DNA of 64,000 nt from Lingula anatina (Eukaryota > Animalia > Brachiopoda): the NCBI GenBank assembly GCA_051362555.1, contig CM120644.1, positions 10,314,567 to 10,378,566 of the forward strand, read 5' to 3'. The notes under the pieces are model-generated. The model had not been told where the DNA came from and did not search any database. It worked only from the letters and a program-made list of their open reading frames with translations. Shown here in pieces: positions 1 to 14,200 of the stretch. Made by a program: the position numbers and the translations under genes. Numbering within the stretch: the first letter of the stretch is position 1; the number at the start of each line of letters is the position of its first letter.

Positions 1-3000
1 CTGTGGCTAGGGCACATTCGTCTACATCGGCACACGCTGTGCCGTCGCCGGTGAAACCAGCCAGGCAGGTGCAGGTGAAACTGCCACGGTGTTGGCGCAT
101 GTGGCATTCTCAGCGCAATCATCTGTGGCTAGGGCACATTCGTCTACATCGGCACACGCTGTGCCGTCGCCGGTGAAACCAGCCAGGCAGGTGCAGGTGA
201 AACTGCCCACGGTGTTGGCGCATGTGCATCTCAGCGCAATCATCTGTGGCTAGGGCACATTCGTCTACATCGGCACACGCTGTGCCGTCGCCGGTGAAAC
301 CAGCCAGGCAGGTGCAGGTGAAACTGCCCACGGTGTTGGCGCATGTGGCATTCTCAGCGCAATCATCTGTGGCTAGGGCACATTCGTCTACATCGGCACA
401 CGCTGTGCCGTCGCCGGTGAAACCAGCCAGGCAGGTGCAGGTGAAACTGCCCACGGTGTTGGCGCATGTGGCATTCTCAGCGCAATCATCTGTGGCTAGG
501 GCACATTCGTCTACATCGGCACACGCTGTGCCGTCGCCGGTGAAACCAGCCAGGCAGGTGCAGGTGAAACTGCCCACGGTGTTGGCGCATGTGGCATTCT
601 CAGCGCAATCATCTGTGGCTAGGGCACATTCGTCTACATCGGCACACGCTGTGCCGTCGCCGGTGAAACCAGCCAGGCAGGTGCAGGTGAAAACTGCCAC
701 GGTGTTGGCGCATGTGGCATTCTCAGCGCAATCATCTGTGGCTAGGGCACATTCGTCTACATCGGCACACGCTGTGCCGTCGCCGGTGAAACCAGCCAGG
801 CAGGTGCAGGTGAAACTGCCCACGGTGTTGGCGCATGTGGCATTCTCAGCGCAATCATCTGTGGCTAGGGCACATTCGTCTACATCGGCACACGCTGTGC
901 CGTCGCCGGTGAAACCAGCCAGGCAGGTGCAGGTGAAACTGCCCACGGTGTTGGCGCATGTGGCATTCTCAGCGCAATCATCTGTGGCTAGGGCACATTC
1001 GTCTACATCGGCACACGCTGTGCCGTCGCCGGTGAAACCAGCCAGGCAGGTGCAGGTGAAACTGCCCACGGTGTTGGCGCATGTGGCATTCTCAGCGCAA
1101 TCATCTGTGGCTAGGGCACATTCGTCTACATCGGCACACGCTGTGCCGTCGCCGGTGAAACCAGCCAGGCAGGTGCAGGTGAAACTGCCCACGGTGTTGG
1201 CGCATGTGGCATTCTCAGCGCAATCATCTGTGGCTAGGGCACATTCGTCTACATCGGCACACGCTGTGCCGTCGCCGGTGAAACCAGCCAGGCAGGTGCA
1301 GGTGAAACTGCCCACGGTGTTGGCGCATGTGGCATTCTCAGCGCAATCATCTGTGGCTAGGGCACATTCGTCTACATCGGCACACGCTGTGCCGTCGCCG
1401 GTGAAACCAGCCAGGCAGGTGCAGGTGAAACTGCCCACGGTGTTGGCGCATGTGGCATTCTCAGCGCAATCATCTGTGGCTAGGGCACATTCGTCTACAT
1501 CGGCACACGCTGTGCCGTCGCCGGTGAAACCAGCCAGGCAGGTGCAGGTGAAACTGCCCACGGTGTTGGCGCATGTGGCATTCTCAGCGCAATCATCTGT
1601 GGCTAGGGCACATTCGTCTACATCGGCACACGCTGTGCCGTCGCCGGTGAAACCAGCCAGGCAGGTGCAGGTGAAACTGCCCACGGTGTTGGCGCATGTG
1701 GCATTCTCAGCGCAATCATCTGTGGCTAGGGCACATTCGTCTACATCGGCACACGCTGTGCCGTCGCCGGTGAAACCAGCCAGGCAGGTGCAGGTGAAAC
1801 TGCCCACGGTGTTGGCGCATGTGGCATTCTCAGCGCAATCATCTGTGGCTAGGGCACATTCGTCTACATCGGCACACGCTGTGCCGTCGCCGGTGAAACC
1901 AGCCAGGCAGGTGCAGGTGAAACTGCCCACGGTGTTGGCGCATGTGGCATTCTCAGCGCAATCATCTGTGGCTAGGGCACATTCGTCTACATCGGCACAC
2001 GCTGTGCCGTCGCCGGTGAAACCAGCCAGGCAGGTGCAGGTGAAACTGCCCACGGTGTTGGCGCATGTGGCATTCTCAGCGCAATCATCTGTGGCTAGGG
2101 CACATTCGTCTACATCGGCACACGCTGTGCCGTCGCCGGTGAAACCAGCCAGGCAGGTGCAGGTGAAACTGCCCACGGTGTTGGCGCATGTGGCATTCTC
2201 AGCGCAATCATCTGTGGCTAGGGCACATTCGTCTACATCGGCACACGCTGTGCCGTCGCCGGTGAAACCAGCCAGGCAGGTGCAGGTGAAACTGCCCACG
2301 GTGTTGGCGCATGTGGCATTCTCAGCGCAATCATCTGTGGCTAGGGCACATTCGTCTACATCGGCACACGCTGTGCCGTCGCCGGTGAAACCAGCCAGGC
2401 AGGTGCAGGTGAAACTGCCCACGGTGTTGGCGCATGTGGCATTCTCAGCGCAATCATCTGTGGCTAGGGCACATTCGTCTACATCGGCACACGCTGTGCC
2501 GTCGCCGGTGAAACCAGCCAGGCAGGTGCAGGTGAAACTGCCCACGGTGTTGGCGCATGTGGCATTCTCAGCGCAATCATCTGTGGCTAGGGCACATTCG
2601 TCTACATCGGCACACGCTGTGCCGTCGCCGGTGAAACCAGCCAGGCAGGTGCAGGTGAAACTGCCCACGGTGTTGGCGCATGTGGCATTCTCAGCGCAAT
2701 CATCTGTGGCTAGGGCACATTCGTCTACATCGGCACACGCTGTGCCGTCGCCGGTGAAACCAGCCAGGCAGGTGCAGGTGAAACTGCCCACGGTGTTGGC
2801 GCATGTGGCATTCTCAGCGCAATCATCTGTGGCTAGGGCACATTCGTCTACATCGGCACACGCTGTGCCGTCGCCGGTGAAACCAGCCAGGCAGGTGCAG
2901 GTGAAACTGCCCACGGTGTTGGCGCATGTGGCATTCTCAGCGCAATCATCTGTGGCTAGGGCACATTCGTCTACATCGGCACACGCTGTGCCGTCGCCGG

Positions 3001-6000
3001 TGAAACCAGCCAGGCAGGTGCAGGTGAAACTGCCCACGGTGTTGGCGCATGTGGCATTCTCAGCGCAATCATCTGTGGCTAGGGCACATTCGTCTACATC
3101 GGCACACGCTGTGCCGTCGCCGGTGAAACCAGCCAGGCAGGTGCAGGTGAAACTGCCCACGGTGTTGGCGCATGTGGCATTCTCAGCGCAATCATCTGTG
3201 GCTAGGGCACATTCGTCTACATCGGCACACGCTGTGCCGTCGCCGGTGAAACCAGCCAGGCAGGTGCAGGTGAAACTGCCCACGGTGTTGGCGCATGTGG
3301 CATTCTCAGCGCAATCATCTGTGGCTAGGGCACATTCGTCTACATCGGCACACGCTGTGCCGTCGCCGGTGAAACCAGCCAGGCAGGTGCAGGTGAAACT
3401 GCCCACGGTGTTGGCGCATGTGGCATTCTCAGCGCAATCATCTGTGGCTAGGGCACATTCGTCTACATCGGCACACGCTGTGCCGTCGCCGGTGAAACCA
3501 GCCAGGCAGGTGCAGGTGAAACTGCCCACGGTGTTGGCGCATGTGGCATTCTCAGCGCAATCATCTGTGGCTAGGGCACATTCGTCTACATCGGCACACG
3601 CTGTGCCGTCGCCGGTGAAACCAGCCAGGCAGGTGCAGGTGAAACTGCCCACGGTGTTGGCGCATGTGGCATTCTCAGCGCAATCATCTGTGGCTAGGGC
3701 ACATTCGTCTACATCGGCACACGCTGTGCCGTCGCCGGTGAAACCAGCCAGGCAGGTGCAGGTGAAACTGCCCACGGTGTTGGCGCATGTGGCATTCTCA
3801 GCGCAATCATCTGTGGCTAGGGCACATTCGTCTACATCGGCACACGCTGTGCCGTCGCCGGTGAAACCAGCCAGGCAGGTGCAGGTGAAACTGCCCACGG
3901 TGTTGGCGCATGTGGCATTCTCAGCGCAATCATCTGTGGCTAGGGCACATTCGTCTACATCGGCACACGCTGTGCCGTCGCCGGTGAAACCAGCCAGGCA
4001 GGTGCAGGTGAAACTGCCCACGGTGTTGGCGCATGTGGCATTCTCAGCGCAATCATCTGTGGCTAGGGCACATTCGTCTACATCGGCACACGCTGTGCCG
4101 TCGCCGGTGAAACCAGCCAGGCAGGTGCAGGTGAAACTGCCCACGGTGTTGGCGCATGTGGCATTCTCAGCGCAATCATCTGTGGCTAGGGCACATTCGT
4201 CTACATCGGCACACGCTGTGCCGTCGCCGGTGAAACCAGCCAGGCAGGTGCAGGTGAAACTGCCCACGGTGTTGGCGCATGTGGCATTCTCAGCGCAATC
4301 ATCTGTGGCTAGGGCACATTCGTCTACATCGGCACACGCTGTGCCGTCGCCGGTGAAACCAGCCAGGCAGGTGCAGGTGAAACTGCCCACGGTGTTGGCG
4401 CATGTGGCATTCTCAGCGCAATCATCTGTGGCTAGGGCACATTCGTCTACATCGGCACACGCTGTGCCGTCGCCGGTGAAACCAGCCAGGCAGGTGCAGG
4501 TGAAACTGCCCACGGTGTTGGCGCATGTGGCATTCTCAGCGCAATCATCTGTGGCTAGGGCACATTCGTCTACATCGGCACACGCTGTGCCGTCGCCGGT
4601 GAAACCAGCCAGGCAGGTGCAGGTGAAACTGCCCACGGTGTTGGCGCATGTGGCATTCTCAGCGCAATCATCTGTGGCTAGGGCACATTCGTCTACATCG
4701 GCACACGCTGTGCCGTCGCCGGTGAAACCAGCCAGGCAGGTGCAGGTGAAACTGCCCACGGTGTTGGCGCATGTGGCATTCTCAGCGCAATCATCTGTGG
4801 CTAGGGCACATTCGTCTACATCGGCACACGCTGTGCCGTCGCCGGTGAAACCAGCCAGGCAGGTGCAGGTGAAACTGCCCACGGTGTTGGCGCATGTGGC
4901 ATTCTCAGCGCAATCATCTGTGGCTAGGGCACATTCGTCTACATCGGCACACGCTGTGCCGTCGCCGGTGAAACCAGCCAGGCAGGTGCAGGTGAAACTG
5001 CCCACGGTGTTGGCGCATGTGGCATTCTCAGCGCAATCATCTGTGGCTAGGGCACATTCGTCTACATCGGCACACGCTGTGCCGTCGCCGGTGAAACCAG
5101 CCAGGCAGGTGCAGGTGAAACTGCCCACGGTGTTGGCGCATGTGGCATTCTCAGCGCAATCATCTGTGGCTAGGGCACATTCGTCTACATCGGCACACGC
5201 TGTGCCGTCGCCGGTGAAACCAGCCAGGCAGGTGCAGGTGAAACTGCCCACGGTGTTGGCGCATGTGGCATTCTCAGCGCAATCATCTGTGGCTAGGGCA
5301 CATTCGTCTACATCGGCACACGCTGTGCCGTCGCCGGTGAAACCAGCCAGGCAGGTGCAGGTGAAACTGCCCACGGTGTTGGCGCATGTGGCATTCTCAG
5401 CGCAATCATCTGTGGCTAGGGCACATTCGTCTACATCGGCACACGCTGTGCCGTCGCCGGTGAAACCAGCCAGGCAGGTGCAGGTGAAACTGCCCACGGT
5501 GTTGGCGCATGTGGCATTCTCAGCGCAATCATCTGTGGCTAGGGCACATTCGTCTACATCGGCACACGCTGTGCCGTCGCCGGTGAAACCAGCCAGGCAG
5601 GTGCAGGTGAAACTGCCCACGGTGTTGGCGCATGTGGCATTCTCAGCGCAATCATCTGTGGCTAGGGCACATTCGTCTACATCGGCACACGCTGTGCCGT
5701 CGCCGGTGAAACCAGCCAGGCAGGTGCAGGTGAAACTGCCCACGGTGTTGGCGCATGTGGCATTCTCAGCGCAATCATCTGTGGCTAGGGCACATTCGTC
5801 TACATCGGCACACGCTGTGCCGTCGCCGGTGAAACCAGCCAGGCAGGTGCAGGTGAAACTGCCCACGGTGTTGGCGCATGTGGCATTCTCAGCGCAATCA
5901 TCTGTGGCTAGGGCACATTCGTCTACATCGGCACACGCTGTGCCGTCGCCGGTGAAACCAGCCAGGCAGGTGCAGGTGAAACTGCCCACGGTGTTGGCGC

Positions 6001-9000
6001 ATGTGGCATTCTCAGCGCAATCATCTGTGGCTAGGGCACATTCGTCTACATCGGCACACGCTGTGCCGTCGCCGGTGAAACCAGCCAGGCAGGTGCAGGT
6101 GAAACTGCCCACGGTGTTGGCGCATGTGGCATTCTCAGCGCAATCATCTGTGGCTAGGGCACATTCGTCTACATCGGCACACGCTGTGCCGTCGCCGGTG
6201 AAACCAGCCAGGCAGGTGCAGGTGAAACTGCCCACGGTGTTGGCGCATGTGGCATTCTCAGCGCAATCATCTGTGGCTAGGGCACATTCGTCTACATCGG
6301 CACACGCTGTGCCGTCGCCGGTGAAACCAGCCAGGCAGGTGCAGGTGAAACTGCCCACGGTGTTGGCGCATGTGGCATTCTCAGCGCAATCATCTGTGGC
6401 TAGGGCACATTCGTCTACATCGGCACACGCTGTGCCGTCGCCGGTGAAACCAGCCAGGCAGGTGCAGGTGAAACTGCCCACGGTGTTGGCGCATGTGGCA
6501 TTCTCAGCGCAATCATCTGTGGCTAGGGCACATTCGTCTACATCGGCACACGCTGTGCCGTCGCCGGTGAAACCAGCCAGGCAGGTGCAGGTGAAACTGC
6601 CCACGGTGTTGGCGCATGTGGCATTCTCAGCGCAATCATCTGTGGCTAGGGCACATTCGTCTACATCGGCACACGCTGTGCCGTCGCCGGTGAAACCAGC
6701 CAGGCAGGTGCAGGTGAAACTGCCCACGGTGTTGGCGCATGTGGCATTCTCAGCGCAATCATCTGTGGCTAGGGCACATTCGTCTACATCGGCACACGCT
6801 GTGCCGTCGCCGGTGAAACCAGCCAGGCAGGTGCAGGTGAAACTGCCCACGGTGTTGGCGCATGTGGCATTCTCAGCGCAATCATCTGTGGCTAGGGCAC
6901 ATTCGTCTACATCGGCACACGCTGTGCCGTCGCCGGTGAAACCAGCCAGGCAGGTGCAGGTGAAACTGCCCACGGTGTTGGCGCATGTGGCATTCTCAGC
7001 GCAATCATCTGTGGCTAGGGCACATTCGTCTACATCGGCACACGCTGTGCCGTCGCCGGTGAAACCAGCCAGGCAGGTGCAGGTGAAACTGCCCACGGTG
7101 TTGGCGCATGTGGCATTCTCAGCGCAATCATCTGTGGCTAGGGCACATTCGTCTACATCGGCACACGCTGTGCCGTCGCCGGTGAAACCAGCCAGGCAGG
7201 TGCAGGTGAAACTGCCCACGGTGTTGGCGCATGTGGCATTCTCAGCGCAATCATCTGTGGCTAGGGCACATTCGTCTACATCGGCACACGCTGTGCCGTC
7301 GCCGGTGAAACCAGCCAGGCAGGTGCAGGTGAAACTGCCCACGGTGTTGGCGCATGTGGCATTCTCAGCGCAATCATCTGTGGCTAGGGCACATTCGTCT
7401 ACATCGGCACACGCTGTGCCGTCGCCGGTGAAACCAGCCAGGCAGGTGCAGGTGAAACTGCCCACGGTGTTGGCGCATGTGGCATTCTCAGCGCAATCAT
7501 CTGTGGCTAGGGCACATTCGTCTACATCGGCACACGCTGTGCCGTCGCCGGTGAAACCAGCCAGGCAGGTGCAGGTGAAACTGCCCACGGTGTTGGCGCA
7601 TGTGGCATTCTCAGCGCAATCATCTGTGGCTAGGGCACATTCGTCTACATCGGCACACGCTGTGCCGTCGCCGGTGAAACCAGCCAGGCAGGTGCAGGTG
7701 AAACTGCCCACGGTGTTGGCGCATGTGGCATTCTCAGCGCAATCATCTGTGGCTAGGGCACATTCGTCTACATCGGCACACGCTGTGCCGTCGCCGGTGA
7801 AACCAGCCAGGCAGGTGCAGGTGAAACTGCCCACGGTGTTGGCGCATGTGGCATTCTCAGCGCAATCATCTGTGGCTAGGGCACATTCGTCTACATCGGC
7901 ACACGCTGTGCCGTCGCCGGTGAAACCAGCCAGGCAGGTGCAGGTGAAACTGCCCACGGTGTTGGCGCATGTGGCATTCTCAGCGCAATCATCTGTGGCT
8001 AGGGCACATTCGTCTACATCGGCACACGCTGTGCCGTCGCCGGTGAAACCAGCCAGGCAGGTGCAGGTGAAACTGCCCACGGTGTTGGCGCATGTGGCAT
8101 TCTCAGCGCAATCATCTGTGGCTAGGGCACATTCGTCTACATCGGCACACGCTGTGCCGTCGCCGGTGAAACCAGCCAGGCAGGTGCAGGTGAAACTGCC
8201 CACGGTGTTGGCGCATGTGGCATTCTCAGCGCAATCATCTGTGGCTAGGGCACATTCGTCTACATCGGCACACGCTGTGCCGTCGCCGGTGAAACCAGCC
8301 AGGCAGGTGCAGGTGAAACTGCCCACGGTGTTGGCGCATGTGGCATTCTCAGCGCAATCATCTGTGGCTAGGGCACATTCGTCTACATCGGCACACGCTG
8401 TGCCGTCGCCGGTGAAACCAGCCAGGCAGGTGCAGGTGAAACTGCCCACGGTGTTGGCGCATGTGGCATTCTCAGCGCAATCATCTGTGGCTAGGGCACA
8501 TTCGTCTACATCGGCACACGCTGTGCCGTCGCCGGTGAAACCAGCCAGGCAGGTGCAGGTGAAACTGCCCACGGTGTTGGCGCATGTGGCATTCTCAGCG
8601 CAATCATCTGTGGCTAGGGCACATTCGTCTACATCGGCACACGCTGTGCCGTCGCCGGTGAAACCAGCCAGGCAGGTGCAGGTGAAACTGCCCACGGTGT
8701 TGGCGCATGTGGCATTCTCAGCGCAATCATCTGTGGCTAGGGCACATTCGTCTACATCGGCACACGCTGTGCCGTCGCCGGTGAAACCAGCCAGGCAGGT
8801 GCAGGTGAAACTGCCCACGGTGTTGGCGCATGTGGCATTCTCAGCGCAATCATCTGTGGCTAGGGCACATTCGTCTACATCGGCACACGCTGTGCCGTCG
8901 CCGGTGAAACCAGCCAGGCAGGTGCAGGTGAAACTGCCCACGGTGTTGGCGCATGTGGCATTCTCAGCGCAATCATCTGTGGCTAGGGCACATTCGTCTA

Positions 9001-12000
9001 CATCGGCACACGCTGTGCCGTCGCCGGTGAAACCAGCCAGGCAGGTGCAGGTGAAACTGCCCACGGTGTTGGCGCATGTGGCATTCTCAGCGCAATCATC
9101 TGTGGCTAGGGCACATTCGTCTACATCGGCACACGCTGTGCCGTCGCCGGTGAAACCAGCCAGGCAGGTGCAGGTGAAACTGCCCACGGTGTTGGCGCAT
9201 GTGGCATTCTCAGCGCAATCATCTGTGGCTAGGGCACATTCGTCTACATCGGCACACGCTGTGCCGTCGCCGGTGAAACCAGCCAGGCAGGTGCAGGTGA
9301 AACTGCCCACGGTGTTGGCGCATGTGGCATTCTCAGCGCAATCATCTGTGGCTAGGGCACATTCGTCTACATCGGCACACGCTGTGCCGTCGCCGGTGAA
9401 ACCAGCCAGGCAGGTGCAGGTGAAACTGCCCACGGTGTTGGCGCATGTGGCATTCTCAGCGCAATCATCTGTGGCTAGGGCACATTCGTCTACATCGGCA
9501 CACGCTGTGCCGTCGCCGGTGAAACCAGCCAGGCAGGTGCAGGTGAAACTGCCCACGGTGTTGGCGCATGTGGCATTCTCAGCGCAATCATCTGTGGCTA
9601 GGGCACATTCGTCTACATCGGCACACGCTGTGCCGTCGCCGGTGAAACCAGCCAGGCAGGTGCAGGTGAAACTGCCCACGGTGTTGGCGCATGTGGCATT
9701 CTCAGCGCAATCATCTGTGGCTAGGGCACATTCGTCTACATCGGCACACGCTGTGCCGTCGCCGGTGAAACCAGCCAGGCAGGTGCAGGTGAAACTGCCC
9801 ACGGTGTTGGCGCATGTGGCATTCTCAGCGCAATCATCTGTGGCTAGGGCACATTCGTCTACATCGGCACACGCTGTGCCGTCGCCGGTGAAACCAGCCA
9901 GGCAGGTGCAGGTGAAACTGCCCACGGTGTTGGCGCATGTGGCATTCTCAGCGCAATCATCTGTGGCTAGGGCACATTCGTCTACATCGGCACACGCTGT
10001 GCCGTCGCCGGTGAAACCAGCCAGGCAGGTGCAGGTGAAACTGCCCACGGTGTTGGCGCATGTGGCATTCTCAGCGCAATCATCTGTGGCTAGGGCACAT
10101 TCGTCTACATCGGCACACGCTGTGCCGTCGCCGGTGAAACCAGCCAGGCAGGTGCAGGTGAAACTGCCCACGGTGTTGGCGCATGTGGCATTCTCAGCGC
10201 AATCATCTGTGGCTAGGGCACATTCGTCTACATCGGCACACGCTGTGCCGTCGCCGGTGAAACCAGCCAGGCAGGTGCAGGTGAAACTGCCCACGGTGTT
10301 GGCGCATGTGGCATTCTCAGCGCAATCATCTGTGGCTAGGGCACATTCGTCTACATCGGCACACGCTGTGCCGTCGCCGGTGAAACCAGCCAGGCAGGTG
10401 CAGGTGAAACTGCCCACGGTGTTGGCGCATGTGGCATTCTCAGCGCAATCATCTGTGGCTAGGGCACATTCGTCTACATCGGCACACGCTGTGCCGTCGC
10501 CGGTGAAACCAGCCAGGCAGGTGCAGGTGAAACTGCCCACGGTGTTGGCGCATGTGGCATTCTCAGCGCAATCATCTGTGGCTAGGGCACATTCGTCTAC
10601 ATCGGCACACGCTGTGCCGTCGCCGGTGAAACCAGCCAGGCAGGTGCAGGTGAAACTGCCCACGGTGTTGGCGCATGTGGCATTCTCAGCGCAATCATCT
10701 GTGGCTAGGGCACATTCGTCTACATCGGCACACGCTGTGCCGTCGCCGGTGAAACCAGCCAGGCAGGTGCAGGTGAAACTGCCCACGGTGTTGGCGCATG
10801 TGGCATTCTCAGCGCAATCATCTGTGGCTAGGGCACATTCGTCTACATCGGCACACGCTGTGCCGTCGCCGGTGAAACCAGCCAGGCAGGTGCAGGTGAA
10901 ACTGCCCACGGTGTTGGCGCATGTGGCATTCTCAGCGCAATCATCTGTGGCTAGGGCACATTCGTCTACATCGGCACACGCTGTGCCGTCGCCGGTGAAA
11001 CCAGCCAGGCAGGTGCAGGTGAAACTGCCCACGGTGTTGGCGCATGTGGCATTCTCAGCGCAATCATCTGTGGCTAGGGCACATTCGTCTACATCGGCAC
11101 ACGCTGTGCCGTCGCCGGTGAAACCAGCCAGGCAGGTGCAGGTGAAACTGCCCACGGTGTTGGCGCATGTGGCATTCTCAGCGCAATCATCTGTGGCTAG
11201 GGCACATTCGTCTACATCGGCACACGCTGTGCCGTCGCCGGTGAAACCAGCCAGGCAGGTGCAGGTGAAACTGCCCACGGTGTTGGCGCATGTGGCATTC
11301 TCAGCGCAATCATCTGTGGCTAGGGCACATTCGTCTACATCGGCACACGCTGTGCCGTCGCCGGTGAAACCAGCCAGGCAGGTGCAGGTGAAACTGCCCA
11401 CGGTGTTGGCGCATGTGGCATTCTCAGCGCAATCATCTGTGGCTAGGGCACATTCGTCTACATCGGCACACGCTGTGCCGTCGCCGGTGAAACCAGCCAG
11501 GCAGGTGCAGGTGAAACTGCCCACGGTGTTGGCGCATGTGGCATTCTCAGCGCAATCATCTGTGGCTAGGGCACATTCGTCTACATCGGCACACGCTGTG
11601 CCGTCGCCGGTGAAACCAGCCAGGCAGGTGCAGGTGAAACTGCCCACGGTGTTGGCGCATGTGGCATTCTCAGCGCAATCATCTGTGGCTAGGGCACATT
11701 CGTCTACATCGGCACACGCTGTGCCGTCGCCGGTGAAACCAGCCAGGCAGGTGCAGGTGAAACTGCCCACGGTGTTGGCGCATGTGGCATTCTCAGCGCA
11801 ATCATCTGTGGCTAGGGCACATTCGTCTACATCGGCACACGCTGTGCCGTCGCCGGTGAAACCAGCCAGGCAGGTGCAGGTGAAACTGCCCACGGTGTTG
11901 GCGCATGTGGCATTCTCAGCGCAATCATCTGTGGCTAGGGCACATTCGTCTACATCGGCACACGCTGTGCCGTCGCCGGTGAAACCAGCCAGGCAGGTGC

Positions 12001-14200
12001 AGGTGAAACTGCCCACGGTGTTGGCGCATGTGGCATTCTCAGCGCAATCATCTGTGGCTAGGGCACATTCGTCTACATCGGCACACGCTGTGCCGTCGCC
12101 GGTGAAACCAGCCAGGCAGGTGCAGGTGAAACTGCCCACGGTGTTGGCGCATGTGGCATTCTCAGCGCAATCATCTGTGGCTAGGGCACATTCGTCTACA
12201 TCGGCACACGCTGTGCCGTCGCCGGTGAAACCAGCCAGGCAGGTGCAGGTGAAACTGCCCACGGTGTTGGCGCATGTGGCATTCTCAGCGCAATCATCTG
12301 TGGCTAGGGCACATTCGTCTACATCGGCACACGCTGTGCCGTCGCCGGTGAAACCAGCCAGGCAGGTGCAGGTGAAACTGCCCACGGTGTTGGCGCATGT
12401 GGCATTCTCAGCGCAATCATCTGTGGCTAGGGCACATTCGTCTACATCGGCACACGCTGTGCCGTCGCCGGTGAAACCAGCCAGGCAGGTGCAGGTGAAA
12501 CTGCCCACGGTGTTGGCGCATGTGGCATTCTCAGCGCAATCATCTGTGGCTAGGGCACATTCGTCTACATCGGCACACGCTGTGCCGTCGCCGGTGAAAC
12601 CAGCCAGGCAGGTGCAGGTGAAACTGCCCACGGTGTTGGCGCATGTGGCATTCTCAGCGCAATCATCTGTGGCTAGGGCACATTCGTCTACATCGGCACA
12701 CGCTGTGCCGTCGCCGGTGAAACCAGCCAGGCAGGTGCAGGTGAAACTGCCCACGGTGTTGGCGCATGTGGCATTCTCAGCGCAATCATCTGTGGCTAGG
12801 GCACATTCGTCTACATCGGCACACGCTGTGCCGTCGCCGGTGAAACCAGCCAGGCAGGTGCAGGTGAAACTGCCCACGGTGTTGGCGCATGTGGCATTCT
12901 CAGCGCAATCATCTGTGGCTAGGGCACATTCGTCTACATCGGCACACGCTGTGCCGTCGCCGGTGAAACCAGCCAGGCAGGTGCAGGTGAAACTGCCCAC
13001 GGTGTTGGCGCATGTGGCATTCTCAGCGCAATCATCTGTGGCTAGGGCACATTCGTCTACATCGGCACACGCTGTGCCGTCGCCGGTGAAACCAGCCAGG
13101 CAGGTGCAGGTGAAACTGCCCACGGTGTTGGCGCATGTGGCATTCTCAGCGCAATCATCTGTGGCTAGGGCACATTCGTCTACATCGGCACACGCTGTGC
13201 CGTCGCCGGTGAAACCAGCCAGGCAGGTGCAGGTGAAACTGCCCACGGTGTTGGCGCATGTGGCATTCTCAGCGCAATCATCTGTGGCTAGGGCACATTC
13301 GTCTACATCGGCACACGCTGTGCCGTCGCCGGTGAAACCAGCCAGGCAGGTGCAGGTGAAACTGCCCACGGTGTTGGCGCATGTGGCATTCTCAGCGCAA
13401 TCATCTGTGGCTAGGGCACATTCGTCTACATCGGCACACGCTGTGCCGTCGCCGGTGAAACCAGCCAGGCAGGTGCAGGTGAAACTGCCCACGGTGTTGG
13501 CGCATGTGGCATTCTCAGCGCAATCATCTGTGGCTAGGGCACATTCGTCTACATCGGCACACGCTGTGCCGTCGCCGGTGAAACCAGCCAGGCAGGTGCA
13601 GGTGAAACTGCCCACGGTGTTGGCGCATGTGGCATTCTCAGCGCAATCATCTGTGGCTAGGGCACATTCGTCTACATCGGCACACGCTGTGCCGTCGCCG
13701 GTGAAACCAGCCAGGCAGGTGCAGGTGAAACTGCCCACGGTGTTGGCGCATGTGGCATTCTCAGCGCAATCATCTGTGGCTAGGGCACATTCGTCTACAT
13801 CGGCACACGCTGTGCCGTCGCCGGTGAAACCAGCCAGGCAGGTGCAGGTGAAACTGCCCACGGTGTTGGCGCATGTGGCATTCTCAGCGCAATCATCTGT
13901 GGCTAGGGCACATTCGTCTACATCGGCACACGCTGTGCCGTCGCCGGTGAAACCAGCCAGGCAGGTGCAGGTGAAACTGCCCACGGTGTTGGCGCATGTG
14001 GCATTCTCAGCGCAATCATCTGTGGCGAGGGCACATTCGTCTACATCGGCACACGCTGTGCCGTCGCCGGTGAAACCAGCCAGGCAGGTGCAGGTGAAAC
14101 TGCCCACGGTGTTGGCGCATGTGGCATTCTCAGCGCAATCATCTGTGGCTAGGGCACATTCGTCTACATCGGCACACGCTGTGCCGTCGCCGGTGAAACC
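1..14200. repeat. Near-perfect coding tandem repeat, 123-bp unit, ~115 copies
   Basis: The 60-nt line pattern recurs every 2460 bp (20 x 123). The only deviations I saw are at ~85, ~226-230, ~691 and a synonymous CTA>CTC at ~14027. Confidence 0.97.

Noticed and set aside
1-14200. CRISPR array or non-coding satellite
   Set aside because: There are no variable spacers; the unit is a multiple of 3 and continues in frame into unique EGF coding sequence with splice sites.
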